Part shown: piece by piece, positions 7,899 to 16,849 of the stretch
How the letters are laid out: every line of letters begins with the position of its first letter
Numbering within the stretch: position 1 is the first letter of the stretch
From: Chloroflexota bacterium
GTDB lineage: Bacteria; Chloroflexota; Anaerolineae; Aggregatilineales; J027
Direction of reading: 5' to 3'
Assembly (NCBI GenBank): GCA_022616515.1
Contig: JAKEEQ010000513.1
Span: 1 to 19,499, forward strand
DNA: 19,499 nt
The notes under the pieces: generated by a model
What the model saw: only the letters and a program-made list of their open reading frames with translations
What the model was told of the DNA's origin: nothing
The model's database searches: none
Made by a program: the position numbers and the translations under genes

Positions 7899-9251
7899 CT
7901 ACGGGTCAAAATCTTCTCCAATAAGGGTGACTTCACTGACATAGGCATCATAGCTGTGTCCGGAACTGTAAAACTCGATGCCAGTTATTACCATCGGACG
8001 GAGGTTACTTCGCTCTGCTGGTAGGTCGCGCACAAAGTCCTCACTCTCGAATGTATACCACGTGCCACCGTTCACATGAATGTGCTCATTGACACAGCTC
8101 TGACAACGTGTCTCACCACCACGCGCCGGGTCATAAGTGATATAAAAGCCCTGAATCCATTCACCGGTATCGATTTGATTGTAAAATCCCAGCCGAATCA
8201 TCAAGACGCATTCTGTTCCAACTGCACCACAGGCACTAATGTCGTGGTCAACGAGGTACATCGTTACGCGCAAGCGTAGGCTTTCGTAATCGGAAACATC
8301 GATATTGGGCAAATTTTGCTCACACCTTGCCTCGGCATTATGCAGATCATGACCGGCCCGTACCAATCGCATGGTAAGGCGATCCTGAAAGAAACCATAT
8401 TGATGATTCCCACGTGGTTCAGACTCAATGTCTGGTCGTTCTCTTGTACAGGCCCATGTTTCAGGCCAGCCAGCGGCGTCCTCCTCCTCGCTATGGGGAA
8501 TATGATCCTCAAGTAAACTGTTGGGATTCAAGTAGACAACTCGCTCTGGAGCGATTTGAAGCGTCCCGGTTCCATCAATCTGCCCGTTCTCCTCGCGCTG
8601 GATGAGTTTGGTTTCCTGACGATCCGTGACCAGTACAGCCTCACCAGCCCGAACTGTCACACTGAAGGTATCGTCGGTGACCTCCAATAAATAATAGCCT
8701 CCTTTATCGAGGCGTAGACGGCGATTGTGTATGTCCGACACCTCAATCCGAATATCGCGTTCAAGCTGCCGGGAAACGGTGATATAAATGCTGCCACGCA
8801 CATCGTCTAACTGTAAGATATATGGATTGTCGCCCAGACCAAAACGCGGCTGAGACGTCTGTTTCAAGCGAACGCGGCTGCCCGGCATCACCTGAACGGT
8901 ACTCAGCACCTTACCGTCATTTGGGGAGTCGGTAAAGGAAATGCTGGCCTGTGAGCCTTCATCGGTGATAACACGGTCTCCCGGAGCCAATGTTGTTTCG
9001 GTGGTAACAGCAACAGGATTCACATTATCGGGTGAGGAGATAATGATAGTGCGCTGAGCGACACGCGCGGTGACAGTCAAATTCACATTCGACTCGAACA
9101 CGAACCACTGAATACCGTACACGGTCCCGGCACAGACAAGACAAAAAACTACAAACCCGGACACAAGAGTCAGCCAGGCGATTCTATTTGGATTATTCAT
9201 AGGCCGTTCTAAATGTTGAAAATTCTTCGGTTGCAAGCTGCCAGTGGACAT
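7899..9251 (-). CDS. Hypothetical single-pass membrane protein with a large Cys-rich extracytoplasmic domain (450 aa, or 433 aa if it starts at MNNPN, 9200)
   Basis: Long ORF with one predicted TM (IAWLTLVSGFVVFCLVCAGTVYGI). The C-terminal half has paired cysteines (WACTRE, ARCEQN, ISACGAVGTECVLM, RCQSCVNEH). Start is ambiguous: the ATG at 9251 overlaps acyP by 59 nt, the ATG at 9200 by 8 nt. Neither has a good SD. Confidence 0.6.
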   Translation of the reverse strand: MSTGSLQPKNFQHLERPMNNPNRIAWLTLVSGFVVFCLVCAGTVYGIQWFVFESNVNLTVTARVAQRTIIISSPDNVNPVAVTTETTLAPGDRVITDEGSQASISFTDSPNDGKVLSTVQVMPGSRVRLKQTSQPRFGLGDNPYILQLDDVRGSIYITVSRQLERDIRIEVSDIHNRRLRLDKGGYYLLEVTDDTFSVTVRAGEAVLVTDRQETKLIQREENGQIDGTGTLQIAPERVVYLNPNSLLEDHIPHSEEEDAAGWPETWACTRERPDIESEPRGNHQYGFFQDRLTMRLVRAGHDLHNAEARCEQNLPNIDVSDYESLRLRVTMYLVDHDISACGAVGTECVLMIRLGFYNQIDTGEWIQGFYITYDPARGGETRCQSCVNEHIHVNGGTWYTFESEDFVRDLPAERSNLRPMVITGIEFYSSGHSYDAYVSEVTLIGEDFDP

Positions 9252-9468
9252 CTACACCTGTCACTCTGGCACCGAAAGGCCCCTTATGCAAAAAGTCAAG
9301 CAATTGTTCCAACGCTGGTTTTTCACCTTCCGCAACAACTTCAACGGTACGATCTGGCAGGTTTTTCACCCAGCCAACAATATTCAGTTGGCGAGCGGTC
9401 TGGGTGGTATAGTAACGAAAACTCACACCCTGCACCCGCCCCGAAACGATAGCATGAAGTCGCTGCAT
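9193..9468 (-). CDS. acyP: Acylphosphatase
   Basis: 91 aa. VSGRVQGVSFRYYTTQTA...GWVKNLPDRTVEVVAEG is the acylphosphatase signature. RBS GAGGAGG before the ATG. Confidence 0.88.
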   Translation of the reverse strand: MQRLHAIVSGRVQGVSFRYYTTQTARQLNIVGWVKNLPDRTVEVVAEGEKPALEQLLDFLHKGPFGARVTGVDVHWQLATEEFSTFRTAYE

Positions 9469-9486
9469 ACGGCCTCCTCTCTGGCA

Positions 9487-9495
9487 TTATAGCAA
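9487..9495 (-). promoter_or_regulatory. Extended -10 promoter (TGcTATAAT on the minus strand) for acyP
   Basis: Reverse complement of 9487-9495 is TGCTATAAT, placed about 20 nt upstream of the acyP RBS and ATG. Confidence 0.5.
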
Positions 9496-9531
9496 AAAGA
9501 AAAACCCCCTGACAGGTCACTTATCAGGGGG
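9494..9531 (-). terminator. Rho-independent terminator for the HEAT-repeat gene. Stem CCCCCTGA/TCAGGGGG, followed by TTTTTCTTTTT on the minus strand.
   Basis: The minus strand reads CCCCCTGAtaagtgacctgTCAGGGGGTTTTTCTTTTT immediately after the stop at 9550. Confidence 0.8.
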
Positions 9532-9549
9532 TCAGGTTATCGCTGGTTG

Positions 9550-10617
9550 TTAGTTGAGAAGGGCTGGATCGTCGAAATCGTCATACTCATCGGGATCAAT
9601 GTCACCATCAAGGTTGAACATCGGGAAGATGGCGTTCTTCGTCAGCATTGCATTTTCAAGCGCTTCTTCCGCCGCTGTCATCAATTCATCGTCATCGTTC
9701 TCAACCGCAATATCGACCACATTGTTGAGGACACGCTGCGCCTCTTCTGTACCGATTTCGCCGAGCGACCAGATTGCCATGAGTCGGATTTCGTAATCCT
9801 CATCAAAGGCGGCCTGTGTCAGTTCAGGAATGGCTTCGATCATTTCGAGTTGACCGGCAGCCCGCACCGCTTCGAACCGGATTTCCGGGACTTCGCTGTC
9901 AAGCTCGGTCTGGACAATATCCTTCCACTGCTCGTCAAACGTACAGCCCATCGCGAAGACGGCGCTTACCTGCATCGCCTCATCGTCATCGTAGTAGGCT
10001 TCACGGATCATGTCGCTGACGGATTCGTGGCTGCAATGTGAGATCGATTCAAGGGCGCGGCGTCGCACTTCAAGGTCCTGTTTGTGGTCCCAGAAGTATT
10101 CAGCGACAAGCGATTCGGCCTTCTTCGCAAGCTTGTGGTTAAACTCTTCGAGTTCACCTGCCTGGATGAAGCGCCCCAAAGTCGCGACAGCCGCCGCCCG
10201 CAGCACCGGATTGTCATCGGCAGCCATGGTCATCATTGTCTCGAAGAACTCCTCAGACATGTCATGCCACAGCAGTTCAATGGCCTGCGCACGAACACTG
10301 GCATCCTCGTCATTGAGGGCAAAGCGTGCCACATCATCGAAGGCCATTATATAATCCGACTCGGTGACGTCGGTCAGAATATTCAGCGTCCAGCGCCGTT
10401 TAGCGGGTGGAAAGCTTTTCCACGCTTCTTTGAACAGGGCAAAGTCTTCGGGTTCAAGTGCCGCCAGCCGGTAAATCACTGCGGCGGGCAGCGTCGCATC
10501 TGTTTCGTTAGCAAGCTGAATTGCTGCTAACACCTCGTGGATGGTCGAGACTTCGGTGCGCGGATCATCGAGATCAGACTCGAAGTCGTCAAAATTGAAA
10601 GCACCGTTATGTTCCAT
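9550..10617 (-). CDS. HEAT-repeat (PBS-lyase-like) protein with highly acidic N- and C-termini
   Basis: 355 aa with repeated (D/E)xx(V/I)RxxAxxALGxIG-like units (VRAQAIELLW, VLRAAAVATLGRF, IRFEAVRAAGQL, IRLMAIWSLGEIG). Termini are rich in D/E (MEHNGAFNFDDFESDLDD...DGDIDPDEYDDFDDPALLN). RBS AAGGAG. Starts 12 nt after the rseP stop. Confidence 0.7.
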   Translation of the reverse strand: MEHNGAFNFDDFESDLDDPRTEVSTIHEVLAAIQLANETDATLPAAVIYRLAALEPEDFALFKEAWKSFPPAKRRWTLNILTDVTESDYIMAFDDVARFALNDEDASVRAQAIELLWHDMSEEFFETMMTMAADDNPVLRAAAVATLGRFIQAGELEEFNHKLAKKAESLVAEYFWDHKQDLEVRRRALESISHCSHESVSDMIREAYYDDDEAMQVSAVFAMGCTFDEQWKDIVQTELDSEVPEIRFEAVRAAGQLEMIEAIPELTQAAFDEDYEIRLMAIWSLGEIGTEEAQRVLNNVVDIAVENDDDELMTAAEEALENAMLTKNAIFPMFNLDGDIDPDEYDDFDDPALLN

Positions 10618-10629
10618 AGGTTCTCCTTG

Positions 10630-12036
10630 TTAGGGCAAGACTATCGGGTCAACAATATCCCAGACTGCAAAAACAATAATCAGGGCAAACAAGAATGCGA
10701 ATCCGATAAAATGGATGATTGCCTCACGTTCAGGGGCCAGCGGCTTGCCACGCAGCAGTTCCACCAGCACAAACAGGATGCGACCACCATCCAGTGCTGG
10801 AATAGGCAGCAAATTCGTAAGCGCAAGGGCGAAACTAATCACCGCCGCAAACCCAATCAGCGGGAAGGGATTGTTTTCTTCCTGACTGCGTTCCACAGTT
10901 TCACCAGCAATTTGACCTATACCCACCGGGCTAACTGGTCGAGCCTGTGACGCTGGTATAACGCCCTGTATTACCCGGCTGGGCAGTGTAACAGTCTCAA
11001 CAACCATAAATTGGAAGCGATCAACAGCGAAATCGAATGCCTCCCCGATGTCGGTCACCGGAACAAATTCGACAACCGAATCGTTGTTGGCAACGCTTAT
11101 TCCGCCGGTCACACCGATTTCTGCATCCGTGATGCTGATTCCGATTCGCGGCACATCCTCCGAATTGTCCCGATTGGGCACGACTTCAAGGTCAAAAATC
11201 TCACCATCGCGAAAGACGGTGAGGGTCATCGGCACTTCATCGTGCTTCTGAGTGAAGTTGACAAGATCGTCCGCAGTGGAAGTGCTAACGGTCGTATCGG
11301 CATCACTTGCCTCAAAGATCAGATCATCGGGTTGCAAACCAGCCTCTTTAGCAGGGCTGTCTTCAAGAACGGCCAGCACCAGAACCCGTGTGTTTGGTAC
11401 ATCATCGCCTTCCGTGGTCGGTGTAAAGAGGACGTCTTCGGTTGTGCCATCGTCCCGCTGCACCGTCAGAACCAGTTCACTCTGCCCCTCAGCCACATCA
11501 CTAAATTCAGCACCTGTAATGACTTTCTCTCCATTGACGTGGGTGATCACATCACCAACCGCCAGTTCTTCGACATCACCGGAGATATTCAGGATGGCAA
11601 CATTGCCATCGACTATTTCGGGTAATCCTAAAAATGGCAGCAGGAACAGCAGTAGGAAAGCCGTAATCACGTTGAAAATCGCACCGGCGGCAAAAAACCA
11701 GATGCGAGCAAGTGGGCCTGCTTCAAAAACGCTTTTGGGGTTTTCGATCCCGCGCTCTTCAATTTCGCTGAGATCTTCCTGGAGTCCTTCGCTGTCCTTA
11801 GGACTCATGAAATCTTCGCCGTAAGGACGTACAAAGCCGCCCAGAGGTATCCAATTCAGTGTGTATTCAGTTCCGTCTCTGGTGAAAAGCTTAACGGCAC
11901 GCGGTGGAATACCGATGCCAAACTCAAGGACGGTAATGCCCACGCTTTTGGCAGCCACCAGATGTCCGAGTTCATGAATGATTACCAGAGGTATCAAGAC
12001 AATAAAAAATGCGAATACCGCGATTATGAAATCCAA
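10630..12036 (-). CDS. rseP: RIP metalloprotease RseP (site-2 protease) with PDZ domains. Apparent TTG start.
   Basis: 468 aa. The N-terminus MDFIIAVFAFFIVLIPLVIIHELGHLVAA matches the RseP N-terminus and HExxH motif. LDG motif present (PALDGGRILF). The start codon at 12034-12036 is TTG. Confidence 0.85.
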   Translation of the reverse strand: MDFIIAVFAFFIVLIPLVIIHELGHLVAAKSVGITVLEFGIGIPPRAVKLFTRDGTEYTLNWIPLGGFVRPYGEDFMSPKDSEGLQEDLSEIEERGIENPKSVFEAGPLARIWFFAAGAIFNVITAFLLLFLLPFLGLPEIVDGNVAILNISGDVEELAVGDVITHVNGEKVITGAEFSDVAEGQSELVLTVQRDDGTTEDVLFTPTTEGDDVPNTRVLVLAVLEDSPAKEAGLQPDDLIFEASDADTTVSTSTADDLVNFTQKHDEVPMTLTVFRDGEIFDLEVVPNRDNSEDVPRIGISITDAEIGVTGGISVANNDSVVEFVPVTDIGEAFDFAVDRFQFMVVETVTLPSRVIQGVIPASQARPVSPVGIGQIAGETVERSQEENNPFPLIGFAAVISFALALTNLLPIPALDGGRILFVLVELLRGKPLAPEREAIIHFIGFAFLFALIIVFAVWDIVDPIVLP

Positions 12037-12230
12037 AACGACTTTGCCTCAAAACTTATGCGATTCGAACGATATACGAGCATTATAAACCTATCGAGAA
12101 GCGGAATCTAGCCTGCTTAAAGACTGCTAATCTTTCTGGTGGTGTTGATTCAACTACATAGACGCATTATTTGCGCTAAACTCTACCGAAACCGATGAAT
12201 TCTATACTTTTTCTTACGGAGGTAATCATC

Positions 12231-12605
12231 ATGAGACGTGTACAGGGCAGTATGGGGCGTGCAATAGCGGGCGGTGTAACAGGTAGTGCTCTGCTGGGGG
12301 CGGCATCCGTCGCGCAGGGTGGCGATCTGGGTATAGGAATCGTTGTCGGAGCGGTGTTTGGCCTCGTGCTGGGAACTGTGATAGGCTCAATAGTGTTCCT
12401 CAGACTCTATCGCAACCCGATTCCTTATTTCATTATCGGCGCGGTAATCGGAGCAGCTCTTATCGCCATTATCACTAATCTGAGTATTGATGTGGAATTA
12501 GGCGATGTGGTTGCGCCGGATCTGGTCGGTCTGGGCATTGGTGCGGTACTGGGGGGCATTGTTTCAGTGATTATCAGCCGAGGGATTGCAGATCAACTGA
12601 CATGA
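12231..12605 (+). CDS. Small glycine-zipper membrane protein (124 aa), translationally coupled to the PBP gene
   Basis: GxxxG-rich hydrophobic protein (GIGIVVGAVFGLVLGTVIGS...GLGIGAVLGGIVSVIIS). Strong RBS ACGGAGGT 7 nt before the ATG at 12231. The ORF-track start at 12195 lacks an SD. The TGA stop overlaps the PBP ATG (ATGA at 12602-12605). Confidence 0.6.
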   Translation: MRRVQGSMGRAIAGGVTGSALLGAASVAQGGDLGIGIVVGAVFGLVLGTVIGSIVFLRLYRNPIPYFIIGAVIGAALIAIITNLSIDVELGDVVAPDLVGLGIGAVLGGIVSVIISRGIADQLT

Positions 12606-15118
12606 GACGGTTCTGGCGAAAACGATGGCAGCGAGTCCTGGTTATTTTCTTCACAGGATTTGTTGCCTTAAGTAGTTTCTTTTATGTATGGCTTTTTAGA
12701 GATTTACCGAGCGTCCATTCGTTGGAAAGTGGTCTGGCACTGCCAAGCACCCGCATCTATGACCGCCATGGACGTCTGCTTTATGAAATCGTCGATCTGT
12801 ATGGCGGCAGTCACCGGACAGTAAGTCTCGATGATATGGCGGCATGTTTGCCGGAGGCCACCATTGCCACTGAAGATGCCAATTTTTACAGCCATCCCGG
12901 CGTGGATGTTGTCGGTGTAGCACGGGCATTCTGGATTAACGTGCGAGGCGGCGAGATTAAAGCAGGAGGCAGCACCATTACCCAACAGGTGGCACGAACC
13001 TTATTGCTAACCAAGCTGCCCGGTGAGGAACGTACCGTCAAACGCAAACTGAGCGAGACTATTCTCGCCGTTCAACTGACTCACGAATACAGCCGGGACG
13101 AAATTCTGGAGTTGTATCTCAATCAAACGTATTATGGAAATCTGGCCTATGGGGTAGATGCAGCCTCACGCATCTACTTTGGCAAGTCACCCGACAATTT
13201 GAGTCTGGCGGAATGTGCCATGCTGGCAGGCTTGCCACAGGCCCCGGCGGAATATAATCCTCTGACCAATTTTGAGGTTGCTAAAGAGCGGCAGAAAATT
13301 GTGCTGGACCTCATGGTAAAGCACGATTACATCAGTGAGGACGAAGCCCAAATTGCCGGGGACGAGCAGTTGACGTTCGGCAGTGAACCTTTTTACATTA
13401 ATGCACCCCACTTTGTGGCCGCCGTGTGGACGCAGCTTGAGCGTGAATACGGAGATTTGCTGTTGTCAGGTGGTCTGGAAGTAACTACCACGCTTGATCT
13501 GGACTGGCAGCTTACTGCCGAAGACATTGCGCGACGCCACCTGTTTGCCCTCAACAACCCGCGTGATGGCTCTCCACCGAAAAATGCCCGTAATGCGGCG
13601 CTGGTAGCCATTGACCCATACACAGGTCAAATTTTGACGATGCTGGGCAACCCGGATTATTTCGATGAGGGGAATGATGGCAATGTCAATGCGGCACTCG
13701 CCCTGCGCCAACCGGGATCGGCCCTCAAGCCGTTTACCTATGCTGCCGCTTTTAACCCTGAGCGTGAAAATCCGTACACGCCCGCCTCAATGATTCTGGA
13801 CATCAAAACACCCTTCGTCACGAAGAAGCTAGAAAGTTATACACCATCCAACTTCGGTCTGGTGGAGCATGGCCCGGTGTTAATCCGTGAGGCGCTGGCA
13901 TCCTCATATAATATTCCGCCCGTTGTGGTGCTGGATGACATCGGCGTCAATGAACTCATTGACCTGACAACCCGGCTCGGCATCGAAAATCTGACCGATT
14001 CCAGCCGCTACGATCTTTCCCTGACGCTGGGTGGTGGCGAGGTTCGCCTGCTGGACTTAGCCGCTGCATTCGCCGCGTTCCCGAATCTGGGGCAGCGAAT
14101 TGAGCCGGTGTATATCCTCGAAATCAAATCACCTGACGGCGAAGTTATCTATGAATGGGAACCGCCGCTGCTTGGCTCACTGGAAATTGACCCGCGCGTG
14201 GCTTTCTTGATTAACAGCATTCTTTCTGATAACAATGCCCGGATTCCCTCGTTTGGCACGGCCAGCCCACTGAATATCGGGCGTATCGCTGCTGCCAAGA
14301 CCGGTACCACCACCGACTTCCGCGATAACTGGACCGTCGGCTATACACCCAATCTGGTAGTGGGCGTATGGGTAGGCAACGCCAACAACACGCCGATGTA
14401 CAACGTAACGGGCGTGTCAGGAGCCGGACCCATCTGGAACGAGTTTATGCGTACCGTACTTGATAATCAGCCGGAATTAAGTTTTGAAGTGCCCGATGGG
14501 CTGGTCCGCGCTCAGGTCTGTGCGACATCGGGCCTGCTGCCGACAGAAGCCTGCTCCAACCGCGTCTGGGAATGGTTCATAGAAGGTACTGTACCTACTG
14601 AAGAAGACCATCTATGGCAGCTTTTTGAGATTGACAGCCGGACGGGTGAGTTAGCAACTGAAGAGACGCCCGAAGAATTCCGCACCCAGCGAGCATATCT
14701 GGTGTTGCCACCGGAAGCACGGCAGTGGGCAGCCCGCGAAGGCATTGAACCGCCACCCGGCGATGCTGTTCTAGTGTCTCGTTTCGGGGAAGATAGTGAA
14801 GTGCGCCTGCTGGCCCCGGATTCGTACACGACCTTTCAACTCACGCCACTAATTCCCTATGAAAACCAGCGCATTTTGCTGTCGGTGGTAACGCCAATCA
14901 ATACGGACTCCATCACCTATGAACTTGACGGCGAACCAATCGCCAGTCTAGAAGACTATCCTTTTGAATTCTGGTGGGAACTCACACCGGGCCAGCATGA
15001 ACTAACGGCTATCGCAACCTTAACGAATGGTGATACACTGCTGAGCAGGCCAGTACCGTTTCGGGTGGATTCATATGTCCCCCCGGCACTGCGCCCGGCA
15101 AGTGGTCCCGCAGAATAG
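12602..15118 (+). CDS. Bifunctional class A penicillin-binding protein (GT51 transglycosylase plus transpeptidase) with a C-terminal PBP1C-type (BiPBP_C-like) domain
   Basis: 838 aa. GT51 motifs EDANFYSHPGVD, GGSTITQQ, RKLSE. Transpeptidase motifs SALKPF (SxxK), SYN, KTGTT. About 200 aa of C-terminal extension after the transpeptidase domain. Confidence 0.88.
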   Translation: MRRFWRKRWQRVLVIFFTGFVALSSFFYVWLFRDLPSVHSLESGLALPSTRIYDRHGRLLYEIVDLYGGSHRTVSLDDMAACLPEATIATEDANFYSHPGVDVVGVARAFWINVRGGEIKAGGSTITQQVARTLLLTKLPGEERTVKRKLSETILAVQLTHEYSRDEILELYLNQTYYGNLAYGVDAASRIYFGKSPDNLSLAECAMLAGLPQAPAEYNPLTNFEVAKERQKIVLDLMVKHDYISEDEAQIAGDEQLTFGSEPFYINAPHFVAAVWTQLEREYGDLLLSGGLEVTTTLDLDWQLTAEDIARRHLFALNNPRDGSPPKNARNAALVAIDPYTGQILTMLGNPDYFDEGNDGNVNAALALRQPGSALKPFTYAAAFNPERENPYTPASMILDIKTPFVTKKLESYTPSNFGLVEHGPVLIREALASSYNIPPVVVLDDIGVNELIDLTTRLGIENLTDSSRYDLSLTLGGGEVRLLDLAAAFAAFPNLGQRIEPVYILEIKSPDGEVIYEWEPPLLGSLEIDPRVAFLINSILSDNNARIPSFGTASPLNIGRIAAAKTGTTTDFRDNWTVGYTPNLVVGVWVGNANNTPMYNVTGVSGAGPIWNEFMRTVLDNQPELSFEVPDGLVRAQVCATSGLLPTEACSNRVWEWFIEGTVPTEEDHLWQLFEIDSRTGELATEETPEEFRTQRAYLVLPPEARQWAAREGIEPPPGDAVLVSRFGEDSEVRLLAPDSYTTFQLTPLIPYENQRILLSVVTPINTDSITYELDGEPIASLEDYPFEFWWELTPGQHELTAIATLTNGDTLLSRPVPFRVDSYVPPALRPASGPAE

Positions 15119-15136
15119 ATAAAGGTCAGATAGATC

Positions 15137-15916
15137 ATGCGAGAATATGTCGCCATCATTGGGTTGGATGAACGTGAGTCGGAAGAAATTCGCGACAGTC
15201 TGGATGTCTGGGCGATTTCACATATGGTCCTCCCCAAAATTATGGTTAACGATGGGCAACTGTGGGTAGAAGCGCCGAATGGGCCGCGTCTGGTACCCGC
15301 CAACAAGGTTGTTTATCATGGCATTTTCGAGAATGATCTGAATTTTATGGTCGGGCTGGCGCTGTGGGGAGGGCCTTGCCTGCCCAATCCCCGCGCCATG
15401 ATGGACTGTCGAATGAAACTGCCCGGTCTAGTCCGTGCCTTGAAGTTGACCCGCTTCGGTCATCCACGTGGTTATGCGTCGCCCTATGCGATGATAACGT
15501 CCGAAGAGGAGCGTGTTGCCAAATGGGGCAACTGGCACTGCGGTGAGAACAAGGAGCGATTTACTGGAACATGGACCGCCTCTGAGGAGAGCATCATTGA
15601 GCCGTTTTTCGCGGGTCAGGCGGTGCGTGTGGTTATCATCGGCGACCAAGCGTGGCAAATCTGCCTGCAAGGTGATGATTGGCTGAAGTCCATACACCAT
15701 GACACTGCTGATTTTATGGACATTGACGACGAACTGCTGGAAGACACGGAAAACATCCGGCAGGGCTTCGGGCTGGAAATCATCGCCAATGACTATATCG
15801 TCACAGATAACGGCAAAAAATACCTGCTCGAAGTCAATCACATTCCAAATGTGACACGCTTCCCGGAAATGTGGGAAGCCTATCGTGATTATGTGATTGA
15901 GTGGGTGGCGAATTGA
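15137..15916 (+). CDS. Compact ATP-grasp fold ligase (RimK/LysX-like), 259 aa
   Basis: Topology and motifs line up with RimK: YVAIIG (for KIAIL), PNPRAMMDCRMKLPGL (for NESVAIARARDKLRSMQLL), VAKWGNWHCGENKERF (for VVKLVEGTQGIGVVL), AGQAVRVVIIGDQAW (for GCDIRCLVVGDEVV), and KYLLEVNHIPNV (for LVMEVNASPGL). Same strand as the PBP, 18 nt downstream of it. Confidence 0.6.
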   Translation: MREYVAIIGLDERESEEIRDSLDVWAISHMVLPKIMVNDGQLWVEAPNGPRLVPANKVVYHGIFENDLNFMVGLALWGGPCLPNPRAMMDCRMKLPGLVRALKLTRFGHPRGYASPYAMITSEEERVAKWGNWHCGENKERFTGTWTASEESIIEPFFAGQAVRVVIIGDQAWQICLQGDDWLKSIHHDTADFMDIDDELLEDTENIRQGFGLEIIANDYIVTDNGKKYLLEVNHIPNVTRFPEMWEAYRDYVIEWVAN

Positions 15917-15949
15917 GCCTGATAGTTACAACTATATACGACAAAATGT

Positions 15950-15980
15950 GGGGACTCATGGCAGTCCCCATTTTTATTTA
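15950..15980. terminator. Bidirectional intrinsic terminator between the convergent ATP-grasp and dioxygenase genes. Stem GGGGACT/AGTCCCC, loop CATGGC, followed by ATTTTTATTT.
   Basis: GGGGACTcatggcAGTCCCCATTTTTATTT read from the sequence. The reverse strand has the same hairpin followed by cATTTTGt. Confidence 0.75.
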
Positions 15981-16733
15981 CACAACAGGCAAATGCACAG
16001 CCTCATCATATGCCGGAATCGGTTCGTAATCATTAATGCCGGGGACAGTTTCCCCACGCAGCAAAAATGGTGCCTGATGATCGGGATTGGTCATGTGGGT
16101 GATGGTTGGGATGTAACGAATCGTCAGTCCGCGCCGCCAGCGATCAGAGTTGTTTGGATTTGAGCCGTGAACGATGTTCGGGTTGTGGATGGAGACATCG
16201 CCCGGTTTCAGGATAATGTCCACTGCATCAGTATCGTCAATGGTCGCCGGGTCAATGGTCAAGCCGAAGAGATATTCATCCTTTGAAATGGATTTCATCT
16301 CGGCAGTGGATAGGAGTTTTGCATTCTGAGTTCCCGGCAATACACGCATACAACCGTTCTCCGGCGTCACCTCATCCAGCGACAACCAGAATGTAATGAC
16401 CTGCACCGGCTCCAGCGGCCAGAACGACCCGTCCTGATGCCAGGGCACAGCGCGTCCAGTATGGGGCGGCTTGGCAATATAGTGGGTGGCAAACAGGGCG
16501 ATGTTGGGACCGATGAACTGTTCGGCAATGTCCAGCAAGCGGCCATCGCTCACCAGATGCAGCCAGAATGGGTCCATCTTCACCACACCCGTCCCTAAAT
16601 CCTCGTATTTCACATCTGGATTTTGATTTTTGAGCCATTCGATGTGGTTCCGTGCCTGCGCGACCAGCTCACTGTCCAGCACATTGGGCACTATCACATA
16701 GCCATCACGCTCAAATTGTTCAACAATATTCAT
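15978..16733 (-). CDS. PhyH (phytanoyl-CoA dioxygenase) family Fe(II)/2-oxoglutarate-dependent oxygenase
   Basis: 251 aa. HxD...H facial triad context (PWHQDGSFW...IVHGSNPN) and RxS-type 2OG-binding region (RRGLTIRY). RBS GGGGAG before the ATG at 16733. Confidence 0.75.
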   Translation of the reverse strand: MNIVEQFERDGYVIVPNVLDSELVAQARNHIEWLKNQNPDVKYEDLGTGVVKMDPFWLHLVSDGRLLDIAEQFIGPNIALFATHYIAKPPHTGRAVPWHQDGSFWPLEPVQVITFWLSLDEVTPENGCMRVLPGTQNAKLLSTAEMKSISKDEYLFGLTIDPATIDDTDAVDIILKPGDVSIHNPNIVHGSNPNNSDRWRRGLTIRYIPTITHMTNPDHQAPFLLRGETVPGINDYEPIPAYDEAVHLPVV

Positions 16734-16816
16734 GAAATATCTCCCCTGATAACGATTCCGTTAAAAGCATAGTCAACGACTCTGAAACCCTCTTGCGCAT
16801 CATTGACGTTTTTTTG

Positions 16817-16825
16817 TGCTATATT
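16817..16825 (+). promoter_or_regulatory. Extended -10 element (TGcTATATT) upstream of the AraC-family gene
   Basis: gTGCTATATT at 16816-16825, about 25 nt before the ATG at 16850. No well-spaced -35 (TTGACG sits only 10 nt upstream). Confidence 0.3.
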
Positions 16826-16849
16826 GATGTAAAAAGTGAATGATCTCCG

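Noticed and set aside
12227-12610. Both the small membrane protein and the PBP begin cATGAGACG (MRR...)
   Set aside because: Only a 9-nt identity encoding Met-Arg-Arg. Most likely coincidence rather than a duplication or regulatory repeat.
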